Shown here: positions 1 to 9,058 of the stretch, piece by piece
How the letters are laid out: every line of letters starts with the position of its first letter
How positions within the stretch are numbered: position 1 is the first letter of the stretch
Virus record (IMG/VR): IMGVR_UViG_3300024042_000050
Coordinates: 1-24,727 of that record
Length of the DNA stretch: 24,727 bases
Source of the DNA: a virus
Taxonomy: Duplodnaviria > Caudoviricetes
Direction: 5' to 3' (one strand)
Position numbers and translations under genes: made by a program
The notes under the pieces: model-generated
Databases searched by the model: none
What the model was told of the DNA's origin: nothing
The model's input: the letters and a program-made list of their open reading frames with translations, nothing else

Positions 1-930
1 TTAGCGAACGATGATGCGCAGCTCGTCGTCGCCCTGGTCGGGGTTGATGTCAAACGGCATGGCCACCATGGCGATGCCCTGGTCGTCTTGCAGGGTGAAG
101 GGGTTGCACTGGATCTTGGGTGCAGACAGCTCGATGATGTTGCCCACGTCCACGCCGTGCACCAGGCTCATTGCGCCAGTGGTGCCCTCGCGCACGACCT
201 CGGCCCAGTTCTTGGTGGCGATGCTGGGCAGCTCCATGGTGACGTTGCCGGTGGGCTGGCGGTCAGGGCTGCGCGCACCTGCGCAGTTGATGAGTTCGCG
301 CCAGGCCAGGGTGTTGCCCCAGGCGATGCTGAACGCCGACGTGCAGGCCGTGACGCCATGGAAGGTGAAGGTGGGCGTGTTGACCTTGCCCACGGGCTTA
401 GGCTGCATGAAGGCGCTGTAGTCCACGCCCGGGGGCAACTGCGTGTCGGTGGGCGTGGAGTAGGCGCCCAGGAACTCGAACTGCATCACGGGGATGGCCT
501 TGGCGTTGAGCGTGAAGGTGACGTTGCCCTTGCAGCCGGTGAGCTTGAACAGGATGCCGTCGAGGTAACCGTACAGGGTCAGGGTGGGCTCGCCCTCGCT
601 GACGGGATCGTAGGCCACATCGACGCCAGCGGTGATGGTTTCGGCGAAGCCGCAGGCCTGCAGGCAAGGCCCCCACGGGGGGGCGGTGCCTGCCGCGCCG
701 CTGCCAGCGAATTCGACCTCGAAGGTGAGTTTGCGGTGCACGCCCACGGCCAGCTTGCCGCTGTTGCCCTTGTAGGGGCGGATGAGGTCGCGCGAGACCT
801 GCTCGGCCGTGATGGGCTCGGGCGCGAGGGCGCGGCACATGATGGCGTTGGCGCCTGCGGTGGGGAGGGCATCGGTTCCGCTGGTGCCTTCGATCTTGGC
901 GAGCAGCAGCATTTTCTTCATGGACTTCAT
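1..930 (-). CDS. Phage major tail tube protein
   Basis: 309-aa beta-rich acidic ORF directly downstream of the neck and terminator genes; size and position fit a siphophage tail tube. Confidence 0.8.
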   Translation of the reverse strand: MKSMKKMLLLAKIEGTSGTDALPTAGANAIMCRALAPEPITAEQVSRDLIRPYKGNSGKLAVGVHRKLTFEVEFAGSGAAGTAPPWGPCLQACGFAETITAGVDVAYDPVSEGEPTLTLYGYLDGILFKLTGCKGNVTFTLNAKAIPVMQFEFLGAYSTPTDTQLPPGVDYSAFMQPKPVGKVNTPTFTFHGVTACTSAFSIAWGNTLAWRELINCAGARSPDRQPTGNVTMELPSIATKNWAEVVREGTTGAMSLVHGVDVGNIIELSAPKIQCNPFTLQDDQGIAMVAMPFDINPDQGDDELRIIVR

Positions 931-1136
931 GGCGTGGCCTCCTTCGGATCGGTGTCAGGGGTGGCGCGACGGCGCTCGCCAGTGGCGGGGTCGCGCACGT
1001 AGGAGCCGCCCAGGCCGGTGTGCGTGTCGCGCGGGCGCGGGGGCGTGGGCTCGTGGTGCGGCGGCTTCTTGCTGGCAGGGGCGGTTTGTGCAGACGTGTG
1101 CACACCGCCCGCCTTTTCAGGGGGGGTCTTGGGCAT
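927..1136 (-). CDS. Small hypothetical phage protein
   Basis: 69 aa with GLGGSYVRDPATGERRR core; ATGA overlap with the tail tube start. Confidence 0.6.
   Translation of the reverse strand: MPKTPPEKAGGVHTSAQTAPASKKPPHHEPTPPRPRDTHTGLGGSYVRDPATGERRRATPDTDPKEATP
1088..1103. repeat. Dispersed 16-bp palindrome, copy 1 (GTGCAGACGTGTGCAC)
   Basis: 15/16 match to GTGCACACGTGTGCAC; symmetry extends one further base each side. Confidence 0.85.
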
Positions 1137-1160
1137 GGATGCCTTTCGGGGGTTGAGGGG

Positions 1161-1529
1161 TTAGTGGCGCGGGGTGCGCAGGCGCACAGTGAGAAAGCGG
1201 GCGTACAGCTCGGGGTCGGGCTCGTAGTCGGCATCGCCTGCCGTCTCTTCCCACTGGTAGGCGGGCAATGCCTCCAGCGCGGCCCGCAGCGGGCCGCCGC
1301 CATCCAGGGGCAGCAGCGCGTCGAGTTCGTCAAGGTCGCGGGCGACGACGATCACGTTCACGTCGTGCTGGGTGTAGCCGCCGCCCATGCACCACTGCGC
1401 CTCGGGCTCGCTGTCCACGTCGAACACGACAGCGGGATAGACGGGTGCGGGGGGCAGCTCGATAGGCCAGGAGTTTGGAAACACGGCGCACAGCGCGGTG
1501 GTCAGGGTCTGGTGGATCGTGTCGCTCAT
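1161..1529 (-). CDS. Tail terminator / tail completion protein (DUF3168-like)
   Basis: 122-aa acidic protein with P..YPAVVF motif, between the gp10-like gene and the tail tube. Confidence 0.7.
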   Translation of the reverse strand: MSDTIHQTLTTALCAVFPNSWPIELPPAPVYPAVVFDVDSEPEAQWCMGGGYTQHDVNVIVVARDLDELDALLPLDGGGPLRAALEALPAYQWEETAGDADYEPDPELYARFLTVRLRTPRH

Positions 1530-2152
1530 GCCTTGCCTGCCTTTTCCAGGTCTTGCTGCAGCTTGGACTCCATGGCCTTGAGGGCTTCGCCCCTGCCCTG
1601 CTCCAGCGCCGGGGCGATGAAGGGCTTGGCCGCGACCGACTCCGAGGCCCGCGCTCGGCGGGCACGCAGCGAGTCTGCCGAGCGCTTACGCTTATAGGTG
1701 ATAAGGTTGCCGCTGCGCCCCTTGCGGGTGTATGTCAGTTCTTGCTGCCCTGCTCTGCCAGTGGCACGGCCCACGACCTTGTGGCCCTGCTCCACCCACC
1801 GCCAGTAATACGGGTCGTCCTCGTAGCGCTTAACGATGCGCCCTTTCTTGCTGACGGCCAGGTGGGCGCCTGACTTCTTGGCCTTGGCCGTGAGGTTGCG
1901 GCCGTGGCGCACGCCCAGGTGGTACTGCTCGGTACCTGCGGGGGCGCTGGTCTCGCGCTTGATGGCGATGTTTTTGATCATCGCCCCGGTGCGCCGCGAG
2001 CCGTTGGCCAGGGCAATCACCTTGGCCTTGCCCTTGAGCACGCCACCGGCTGCCACCAGCATGCGGCGACTGGTGCGCTTGCGCATGTCGTCGCGTACAC
2101 GCTCGAAGCCAGCGCGCATGTCGCCGATGCCGAGGATTTCGGTTTTAGCCAT
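1526..2152 (-). CDS. HK97 gp10-family neck/tail component
   Basis: YYWRWVEQGH and AKPFIAPALE motifs typical of gp10; synteny. Confidence 0.85.
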   Translation of the reverse strand: MAKTEILGIGDMRAGFERVRDDMRKRTSRRMLVAAGGVLKGKAKVIALANGSRRTGAMIKNIAIKRETSAPAGTEQYHLGVRHGRNLTAKAKKSGAHLAVSKKGRIVKRYEDDPYYWRWVEQGHKVVGRATGRAGQQELTYTRKGRSGNLITYKRKRSADSLRARRARASESVAAKPFIAPALEQGRGEALKAMESKLQQDLEKAGKA

Positions 2153-2483
2153 CGTTGAGCCCCGTGTCGCAGGTGAGGATCATCCAGCCGGGGTAATCGG
2201 CCATGGGTTTGACGTGCGTTATGCCCAGGGCCTGGCCCTTGTGGATGACACGCATTTGCGCGGTGATGCCGTTGCGCTCACGCAGCAGGAATTCCACACG
2301 GGCTACAGCCACCTGCCCTCCGGCGGAACTGCTGGCGCTGCGTTCGTTGCCGCTCATGTCGCGCCGCTGAGCCCAGCAGTCTTTGGCATGCACAGACCAT
2401 GTTTTCTTTGCGCCACCAGAGGCGCCGCGCGAAATGGCCGGGGCCTCGATGGAGATCAGAGTGTTCAGTTTCTGGCTGTTCAC
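2145..2483 (-). CDS. Head closure / head-tail adaptor (SPP1 gp16-like)
   Basis: Probable GTG start just after the upstream stop; (M)NSQKLNTLISIEAP...CWAQ...SGNE...ITAQMRV pattern. Confidence 0.8.
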   Translation of the reverse strand: MNSQKLNTLISIEAPAISRGASGGAKKTWSVHAKDCWAQRRDMSGNERSASSSAGGQVAVARVEFLLRERNGITAQMRVIHKGQALGITHVKPMADYPGWMILTCDTGLNDG

Positions 2484-2484
2484 G

Positions 2485-2793
2485 TCATGCCCCCATGTTC
2501 CGGTGCAGGCGCAAGATGCTGAGAGCAGCGGCTTCCTTGCTCTCGCGCTCCTGCTGGGTGTTGTTGCCAATGAAGCAATCGACCAGCAGCAACTGCGCAG
2601 CGATGATGTCCTCGGCGGACAGAATGCCGCGAGGGTCAGCGGCCATGGCTACCTCGGTCTCATACAGCGTGCCGTCGAGTACCTTGACGGCGCGGGCATG
2701 CGCCTGGTCTATTGCGCCCTGCAGATCCGTGGCGAGGTCAGGATCAAGACGCAGACGGGTCTTGGCCTCATCAAGCGTGGGCTTGGTACGCAT
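2485..2793 (-). CDS. Head-tail connector (HK97 gp6-like)
   Basis: PTLDEAKTRLRLD N-terminus, IIAAQLLLV helix, 102 aa, follows the capsid gene. Confidence 0.8.
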   Translation of the reverse strand: MRTKPTLDEAKTRLRLDPDLATDLQGAIDQAHARAVKVLDGTLYETEVAMAADPRGILSAEDIIAAQLLLVDCFIGNNTQQERESKEAAALSILRLHRNMGA

Positions 2794-2795
2794 GG

Positions 2796-3230
2796 CTAGC
2801 CGCCACCATCCAGGGCACCGCCTGCACCGCCAGGATGGCCCGCGCCATCCGAAGGCATGGCGCCGGGCGGGGCGCTGCCGTCCGTGGGCGCGCTCTGCTG
2901 CGTGCTACCCGCCTCACCCAGTGCCGGGCCTGGCGTATCGGTCTGCGCAAGCCCTTGCGGCTCCAGCGAGGCCACGCCAGACACGACAGCAGGCGCGGCC
3001 AGCGGCGCCTGCTGCGGTGCGGCGGGCTTGCGCTCAACCGTTTTCGGGGTGCGCTGTTGGCGCGGCGTGGGCAGCCGCGTACCCGATGCCGGGGCAGCAG
3101 ACGCGGCGGGCTTGCCGAGCATGCCGTGGCGTTGATAGTGGGCTACCGTGGGGGCGTCGAGTTCGGGCGGCGGATCATCGCCAGGGCGATAGCGTCTGCC
3201 CTGGCGCACAAAGGTCTTGAGCACTTCCAT
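2796..3230 (-). CDS. Hypothetical virion-associated protein with Pro/Ala-rich tail
   Basis: GGAG RBS at 3237-3240; MEVLKTFVRQGRRYRPGD small domain then low-complexity tail; the longer track ORF overlaps the capsid gene. Confidence 0.65.
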   Translation of the reverse strand: MEVLKTFVRQGRRYRPGDDPPPELDAPTVAHYQRHGMLGKPAASAAPASGTRLPTPRQQRTPKTVERKPAAPQQAPLAAPAVVSGVASLEPQGLAQTDTPGPALGEAGSTQQSAPTDGSAPPGAMPSDGAGHPGGAGGALDGGG

Positions 3231-3240
3231 GGATGGCTCC

Positions 3241-3273
3241 AAAGAAAAGGCCCGCGAGGCATGCCTGCGGGCC
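3241..3273 (-). terminator. Rho-independent terminator after the capsid gene
   Basis: Minus strand GGCCCGCAGGC-AT-GCCT(C)GCGGGCC stem followed by TTTTCTTT. Confidence 0.7.
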
Positions 3274-3287
3274 GAGTGAAAGGATGC

Positions 3288-3309
3288 GCCGTGCACACGT
3301 GTGCACGGC
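3288..3309. repeat. Dispersed palindrome, copy 2 (perfect 22-bp GCCGTGCACACGTGTGCACGGC)
   Basis: Perfect 16-mer at 3291-3306 with 3-bp symmetric extension; intergenic. Confidence 0.9.
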
Positions 3310-3321
3310 TGCGGTGCTGCG

Positions 3322-4701
3322 TCAGGCGAACGAGCCGACCACCATGGCGGCGGGACGCTCCACGGTGAAGGCCAAGCGCTCTTCGCAGAGGATGGCCACC
3401 ATGTTTTTGATGAAGAAGTCGTCGTGCTGCTCTGCCACGCGCACGGTGACTTCTTCACGGTCGTAGATGGTGGCGGCCAGCGACGAACCGGCGAGGAAGT
3501 CGCCCGCATCGAGGCCGTGGCTTTCCACCACGCGCTTACCCCACACGCGGGGCGCGGCGCCGTCGGTAGGTGTTCCGAACAGGTAGGCGCCATCGGTGGT
3601 TTTCATCATCTGGATCAGCGCCCAGTCGTCCAGGCTCAGTACGGCGAAGGTGGCGGGCAGCTTGGCCTTGCTGGACTGCAGGAAGGCCCAGCGCAGCTTG
3701 TCCAGGTTGTTGGCCCCTGCGGGCAGGCCTGCGGGAACGAATGCCGTGGCCTGGGGCACCAGGCCGAGCAGGTTGCCGTTGGTGCCGTCGCCGAAGAGCA
3801 GCGCTTCGTCTTCCTTGAGCTTGAGGCCGGAGCGCAGGCGGGTGTCGATCAGGCCGGAGAGCTGGGGTGCGTCCGCCAGAACCTGGCGGCTGGCAGGAAT
3901 CCAGTGCGCAATGGTTTCGACGGCGCTGCTCTTTTTCTCGAAGGTGAGGCCGCTTTCGTTCTTGGGCGCGCCTTCGCCGTTCTGCGGGCCTGCATTGTTG
4001 GTGAAGAGCTTCTCGGCCACCCACTCGACGGCATTGGTGCTGATGGAGACGGCCATGAACAGGTCGCGCACGGTGAGCGGTTCGTCAGGCTGCATGATGA
4101 TGCCGGGCACGCGGTAGGGCTCGATCAGCGCGCCCGCGCTGGTGCCGCCGCTGGTCACGGCGGCCTTGCCGAACAAGGGCGCGTTCATGGTGACCAGCTC
4201 GGCGATGCCGCCGCGATAGGTCTTGCACACCTCGGCCTCGGAGGCGAGCTGCCCCAGGCTCTTGCGTTGCTGCACACTGCCCAGCAGGTTGGCGGACTTC
4301 TTGGCCAGTTCGGTGACTTCGCTAGAGAGCTTTTCCACCGTTTTTTCTACCGTGTCCACTTTCTGCACGGCGTCTTGGAACGCGGCCTTGGTGGTGGCGT
4401 CCACGCCGCCCGCCTTCATCTCTTCATGCATCTTGCTCACGCGGCCGTCGAGGTCGTTGTGGGCTTTCTGCAAAGAGGCCACGGTGTCTTTGGCGGCCTT
4501 GGCAACATCGTTGAGCTGCTCCAGCGCCTTGCGAACATCACCGCCGACTTCGCCGGAGAGCGCCATGGGCATGGCGCCTGCGGCGGCGAGGCCTGCCCAG
4601 GCTTCGGGCGGGACGATGGGAACACCGATAACGGCGCATGCGGCCATGACGGCCAGGCCTGCGAGCAGGCAGAGGGTGAGGTGTTTGCGGGTGATTTGCA
4701 T
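3322..4701 (-). CDS. HK97-fold major capsid protein
   Basis: Coiled-coil delta domain, TSAGALIEP, ETIAHWIPASRQVLAD, LLFGDG, FIKNMVAILCEERLA motifs; ATG 4701 (TTG 4710 alternative). Confidence 0.95.
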   Translation of the reverse strand: MQITRKHLTLCLLAGLAVMAACAVIGVPIVPPEAWAGLAAAGAMPMALSGEVGGDVRKALEQLNDVAKAAKDTVASLQKAHNDLDGRVSKMHEEMKAGGVDATTKAAFQDAVQKVDTVEKTVEKLSSEVTELAKKSANLLGSVQQRKSLGQLASEAEVCKTYRGGIAELVTMNAPLFGKAAVTSGGTSAGALIEPYRVPGIIMQPDEPLTVRDLFMAVSISTNAVEWVAEKLFTNNAGPQNGEGAPKNESGLTFEKKSSAVETIAHWIPASRQVLADAPQLSGLIDTRLRSGLKLKEDEALLFGDGTNGNLLGLVPQATAFVPAGLPAGANNLDKLRWAFLQSSKAKLPATFAVLSLDDWALIQMMKTTDGAYLFGTPTDGAAPRVWGKRVVESHGLDAGDFLAGSSLAATIYDREEVTVRVAEQHDDFFIKNMVAILCEERLAFTVERPAAMVVGSFA

Positions 4702-4706
4702 AGAGA

Positions 4707-5342
4707 TCAATTCCAGGTAAGGTTGCGCGCGAGGGTCTTGAGTTCGTCTGCCAGCGTCTCGCTGTCCGGGGCACCGTCACGGTGGCCCAGCGACTTGAAG
4801 CCGCCAGACGCCAAGGCCTTGGCCTCGCGCTGGCTGTATCCGAGGCCGCGCAGCTGCGCCTCGAAATCTCGAATGGATGCGGCCTTGACGGTATCCACCA
4901 CGGCCTCGGGGTTCATGCCGAAGGCAACGACCGAAAACTCCCACAGCTCGGCCTTGGAAATGAGGCGGACATACCGGCCATCGCGCTCTTCCCAGGTGGC
5001 GCCGCCTTCGGGGATGTTGAAACCGACCGACAAGCCGTTGAGCACGCCGTCTTTCATGAGCGCGTAAGCGTCGCGTGCGTAGCTGACGCCGAGGCTGAGC
5101 TGGCCGTCCACACGCAGGCCGTGGGTGTCTTGGGCAAACTTGGCTTTGCCAACCAGGCGGCGCAGGTCGTGATCCAGGGCGATACGGATCTGGCCGTCGG
5201 GCGTGGTCTTGGCCTGGGTGAAGGCACCGGGCAAGATGACGTCATCGCCTAAGTCCACGTTGCCGAACACTGCGGCATAGCCGCTGAAAGTGCCGTCTTC
5301 CTGCGCGGCCTTAATGGTGAGGGGTGCAATCAGGCGATCCAT
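4707..5342 (-). CDS. HK97-family prohead protease
   Basis: FSGYAAVFGNVD.GDDVI.PGAF, GLSVGF, LWEFSVV motifs. Confidence 0.95.
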   Translation of the reverse strand: MDRLIAPLTIKAAQEDGTFSGYAAVFGNVDLGDDVILPGAFTQAKTTPDGQIRIALDHDLRRLVGKAKFAQDTHGLRVDGQLSLGVSYARDAYALMKDGVLNGLSVGFNIPEGGATWEERDGRYVRLISKAELWEFSVVAFGMNPEAVVDTVKAASIRDFEAQLRGLGYSQREAKALASGGFKSLGHRDGAPDSETLADELKTLARNLTWN

Positions 5343-6595
5343 TAGGCGCCTCCTGTCTTGTTGCGGGTGAGGATCTCGCCCAGCAGGTCGCTGGGTGCCA
5401 TGTTGAGCGGCACGTGCAGGTCATCTGCGCCTTCGCGCGTGTCCATGTTTTCGCGGTTGCGAATCTCGTTTTGCGAGATGGCGCCTGCTTGGCGCATCTT
5501 TAGGTAGTAGTCGGCGCGCTGGGTGCTGTCGCCACGCAGCAGGCCATTCACGTCAAACTCGAAGTACATGCCACCAGCACGCTCAGCTGGGGTCAGCAGA
5601 CAGGTGTTGAGCGAGGCCTCTATGCGCGTGAGATACGACAGCAGCGTGTAGTCAAGGAAGTGCTTGTTGGCCTGCTCGGTGTTGTTGTAGCTGGCCTTGT
5701 CGGTTTCCATGAGCATGTGTAGTGGCACGCGGTAGATGCGTGCCACTTCGGCGATCTGGAGCTTGCGCGCTTCGATGAACTGCGCTTCGTTGTTGGGCGT
5801 ACTGACTGGCTGGTACTCAGTGCTGCCATCGAGCACCGGCAAATGGCCCAGATCGCGCGAGGCCTGCAGGTATTTGGCAAAGCCCTCGCGGATCTGGTCA
5901 CGGCTCTTCTCGCCGAAGTCGGCCGTGGTTTTGAGGATGCCCTGTGGACGCCCTCCGCTGCCAAAGAACTCGGACGCGTACTTTTCCATCGCCATGGACA
6001 GTGCCAGGCTGTTGCTGTGGACACGGTGCGGTGCGTAGCCCTCCAGCTCGCCAACGCCTCCGAAGCCGCGCACCGGCATCACGTCTTCCCGGCGCAGCAG
6101 CTTGCGCAGGCCCTGGCGGTTGGTCAGCCAGTACATGACGCTGCCGTCGGGTTGCACCTCGGGCTGCACGCGGCTTTTGTGCACCGGCTGGATGCTGATG
6201 ATGCGGCCCGTGCTCTCGAACCGCGTGACCGGGTTGTAGGCTTGGCCCATGGTGGCCAGCGAGACCACCATGGCCTCTTTCCATTCCGGCGCAGTCATGT
6301 AGTCGCAGGGCTGGTAGCGCACCAGTCCGTAGCGCTCATCGTCGGTGGCGCGTTCGCGCCCACGGGCGGTCTTACGGTACAGGTGCAGCGGCAGGGTGCC
6401 CACGGTCTCGGCAATCAGCCGGATGGCCGACCAGGCTGTGGTGATCTGCAGCTGCGTGGTGTCTGCCACATTGATCTTGGCCCAAGTGGCGCCTGTGCTG
6501 ACTACGCTCCAGCCCTGTGTGCTGGTGAGTGTCAGGTCGGTGCCCTTGAGCGCCCATTGCGCACCGCGCAGCAGGGATCGGCGGATTAGGTTCAT
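5342..6595 (-). CDS. HK97-family portal protein
   Basis: IAETVGTLPL, QFIEARKLQIAEVARIYRVP, FDVNGLLRGD, NEIR motifs. Confidence 0.95.
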   Translation of the reverse strand: MNLIRRSLLRGAQWALKGTDLTLTSTQGWSVVSTGATWAKINVADTTQLQITTAWSAIRLIAETVGTLPLHLYRKTARGRERATDDERYGLVRYQPCDYMTAPEWKEAMVVSLATMGQAYNPVTRFESTGRIISIQPVHKSRVQPEVQPDGSVMYWLTNRQGLRKLLRREDVMPVRGFGGVGELEGYAPHRVHSNSLALSMAMEKYASEFFGSGGRPQGILKTTADFGEKSRDQIREGFAKYLQASRDLGHLPVLDGSTEYQPVSTPNNEAQFIEARKLQIAEVARIYRVPLHMLMETDKASYNNTEQANKHFLDYTLLSYLTRIEASLNTCLLTPAERAGGMYFEFDVNGLLRGDSTQRADYYLKMRQAGAISQNEIRNRENMDTREGADDLHVPLNMAPSDLLGEILTRNKTGGA

Positions 6596-8400
6596 GTCGT
6601 CTCTTCTGCAAACGATGCCCAGAAGGCTTGCGTCTTCTTGGCGCTGCTAGGCTCCTCTGCCAGAGCGAGGGCGCGGCCCAGCGCCATGAGCATGGCGATG
6701 GGGCCATCGATCTTGTTTTCGGGCCGCTCTTTGGTGGGCGTCATCAACTCGTTGAACTTGCTGACTTTGACCACCAGATTGCTGACCATCCAGGCCATGA
6801 CCGGATTTCCGTCGTGCAGCAGCTTGCCCTCGCGCACCATGTTCTCGACCTGTATCAGTGCAGGCGTGAAGAACACGCTGCGCTGAGCGATCTCGACCAG
6901 TGGCAGGCCCTCTTCAATCAGTTTTCCCGCGAAGTACATGGACAGCGCAGGGTCAAATGCAATTTCCTGCACATCCCACTGGCGGCAGTAGCGGCGCAGG
7001 TCTTCGGCCACGCGGTCAAAGTCGGTGAGGTCGCCGTCGGTGACCTCCACGTAGCCCTGTCGGGCCCAACCGCTGAGGTGGGCGTTGCCGCTTTCCTGCA
7101 CAGCCAGCTCATTCAGGTACAGCCGTATGCATAGGCCCCACTGGCCGTCATCCATCTGCCAGGCAATGGCCAGGGCTGCGAAGTCCTTTTTCTGAGCCAG
7201 GTCAAGGCCCATGTACACCTTGGCACCAAGAGGAATACTGTCGAGCGTGGCGGGCACTTTGCCGCAGCGCTCCCAGGCGCGCATGTCCATCCATGGGCTT
7301 TCGCCGCTGACCCAAACATTGAGGCGCTTGGTCAAAAAGTTGTTAAGCGCCGAGGGCATAGCCTCTGCCTTGCGGGCCTGGGCTGCCATTTCATCGGCCT
7401 GCACGGACTTGCCGAAATTCGGGTTGGCCTTGGGCCACACCGCTGGATCGAATGGGTCATCGCCATCGTCGATGGTGTAGATGATCCCGAAGACCCGGTC
7501 GTCCTCGATGACCCCCTCCAGGATCTTGGTGATGTGCGTGCGCCGCTCGTAGCAAATACCAGAGCGGTCGGTTCCTGCGGTGGTGATAGTCCACAACAGC
7601 GACTGTTCGCGTGCGCCACGGGCGGTGTCGATCACGTCGTACACCGCCCGGGTCCTATGGGCGTGTAGTTCGTCCAGCAGCGCGAAGTGCACGTTCAGAC
7701 CGTCCAGCGTGCTGCCCTCGGCGGCCAGCGGCGCGGCCTTGCTGCTGGTGTGATCCACCGTCAGGATGTGCTGTTGGATGACCACGCCCAGCTCGGTGCA
7801 CAGATCGGGCGTGATCCGTGCCATGGAACGTGCGTCGTCGAACACGATGCGCGCCTGGTCGCGCGTCGTGGCAGCGGTGTAGCACTCTGCGCCGTGTTCC
7901 CCGTCGGCCGCCAGCATGTACAACAGCAGGCCTGAACCCTTGGCGCTCTTGCCGTTCTTGCGGGCGACCTCTTCGTACACTTCCAAGAAGCGACGCTTCC
8001 CCTGCATCGACAGAATGTCGAGCATCCTGCTGTTGAGCTGTCTATCGTCAAGACCTTCGGCTAAGGCGGACTCGCGGAAGGCGTCAAGCTCACTTTCCGT
8101 CCAAGCGCGGTGCACCCAGCCAAAGACGGTAGTGATGATGAAGCACTGCCAGGGCTCAAGCTCAAGCAGGCGCCCTTCACGTGCCCACTTGCCCTTGATG
8201 TGCGGCAGCAGCTCGATGAAGGCACAGGGCCGCTCGGCCGCAGCCTCGTCAAACACCCATCGCCATTCCTTAGACGGCGCGCGTGCCAGGTCGTCTGCCT
8301 GGCGCTGCACGGCCAGCTTCACCCATTTGCAGGCCGCAACTTCCCCATCTAGCACGTCGCGCATGTATTTCTGCGCCTGCTGGATGTAGGAGTGGGTCAT
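6592..8400 (-). CDS. terL: Terminase large subunit
   Basis: ARKNGKS Walker A, LLDELHAH Walker B, ITTAG, GLDLA nuclease and KIDG motifs. Confidence 0.95.
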   Translation of the reverse strand: MTHSYIQQAQKYMRDVLDGEVAACKWVKLAVQRQADDLARAPSKEWRWVFDEAAAERPCAFIELLPHIKGKWAREGRLLELEPWQCFIITTVFGWVHRAWTESELDAFRESALAEGLDDRQLNSRMLDILSMQGKRRFLEVYEEVARKNGKSAKGSGLLLYMLAADGEHGAECYTAATTRDQARIVFDDARSMARITPDLCTELGVVIQQHILTVDHTSSKAAPLAAEGSTLDGLNVHFALLDELHAHRTRAVYDVIDTARGAREQSLLWTITTAGTDRSGICYERRTHITKILEGVIEDDRVFGIIYTIDDGDDPFDPAVWPKANPNFGKSVQADEMAAQARKAEAMPSALNNFLTKRLNVWVSGESPWMDMRAWERCGKVPATLDSIPLGAKVYMGLDLAQKKDFAALAIAWQMDDGQWGLCIRLYLNELAVQESGNAHLSGWARQGYVEVTDGDLTDFDRVAEDLRRYCRQWDVQEIAFDPALSMYFAGKLIEEGLPLVEIAQRSVFFTPALIQVENMVREGKLLHDGNPVMAWMVSNLVVKVSKFNELMTPTKERPENKIDGPIAMLMALGRALALAEEPSSAKKTQAFWASFAEETT

Positions 8401-8957
8401 CGTGCTGGGTTGACGAACATCGAGAAACTGGGTTTGGCTTCGGGCTTGGGCTCGATGCCGGGCAGCGTGGGCTGCACGTAGGTGCTGGCCTGTACGCGAC
8501 CACGTGCTGCAGGGCTAAGGCCGAAATGCATCAGGTAGCGGTTGAGCTGCTCACGGTGCTTGCCGATGAGCTGCACGATCACACTTTGCTGGGCGTAGCC
8601 GCTGGGGGTGACGGAGTAGCTGGCCTTGTAGACAGCATCGGCATAGTCCATGCCATCCTCTACAAGGCGGGCCACTTGGCCGTTGAAAGCGGTCTCCAGT
8701 TCGGCCAATCGGCCGGCCGCCTGGCAATACAGCGCCAGTGCCGCGCGATCCAGGCCGCTGATCAGACCTAGCTCTTCCAGCAACGGCGTGATGCGTTTCC
8801 ATTCCTTGCGCGCCTCGGCACCCAGGTGCTTCGGCGGGCTAGGCACTTCAATGCGCGGGTTCACGCCAGCGGATAGATCCAATGCGCGCTTGCCAGCATT
8901 GCCCCGGAGCAATTTCAGGGCCGTAGGCTTCGGCAGCGGCCCACGCGATCCACTCAT
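8397..8957 (-). CDS. terS: Terminase small subunit, P27 family
   Basis: RGPLPKPTALKLLRGNAGKR, PPKHL...ARKEW, FGLSPAAR; AAAGGA RBS upstream of ATG 8957. Confidence 0.9.
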   Translation of the reverse strand: MSGSRGPLPKPTALKLLRGNAGKRALDLSAGVNPRIEVPSPPKHLGAEARKEWKRITPLLEELGLISGLDRAALALYCQAAGRLAELETAFNGQVARLVEDGMDYADAVYKASYSVTPSGYAQQSVIVQLIGKHREQLNRYLMHFGLSPAARGRVQASTYVQPTLPGIEPKPEAKPSFSMFVNPAR

Positions 8958-8964
8958 AGTCAAT

Positions 8965-9058
8965 CCTTTCGGGGTACCCCCCCCTCCAAAACCTGCGCGC
9001 ACAAAAATAAAGCTAAGCGGTCGGTTTCCGGTGTGTGGCTGTGAACTTTCTCCACCCC
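8965..9058. other. Probable cos packaging region
   Basis: Intergenic between HNH and terS; G/C runs, GGGGTACCCC palindrome (8971-8980) and A/T tract; canonical position for HK97-like cos; cut site not determined. Confidence 0.6.

Noticed and set aside
8003-8106. Intein or intron in terL
   Set aside because: Too short, in frame, and no Cys/Ser start or His-Asn end
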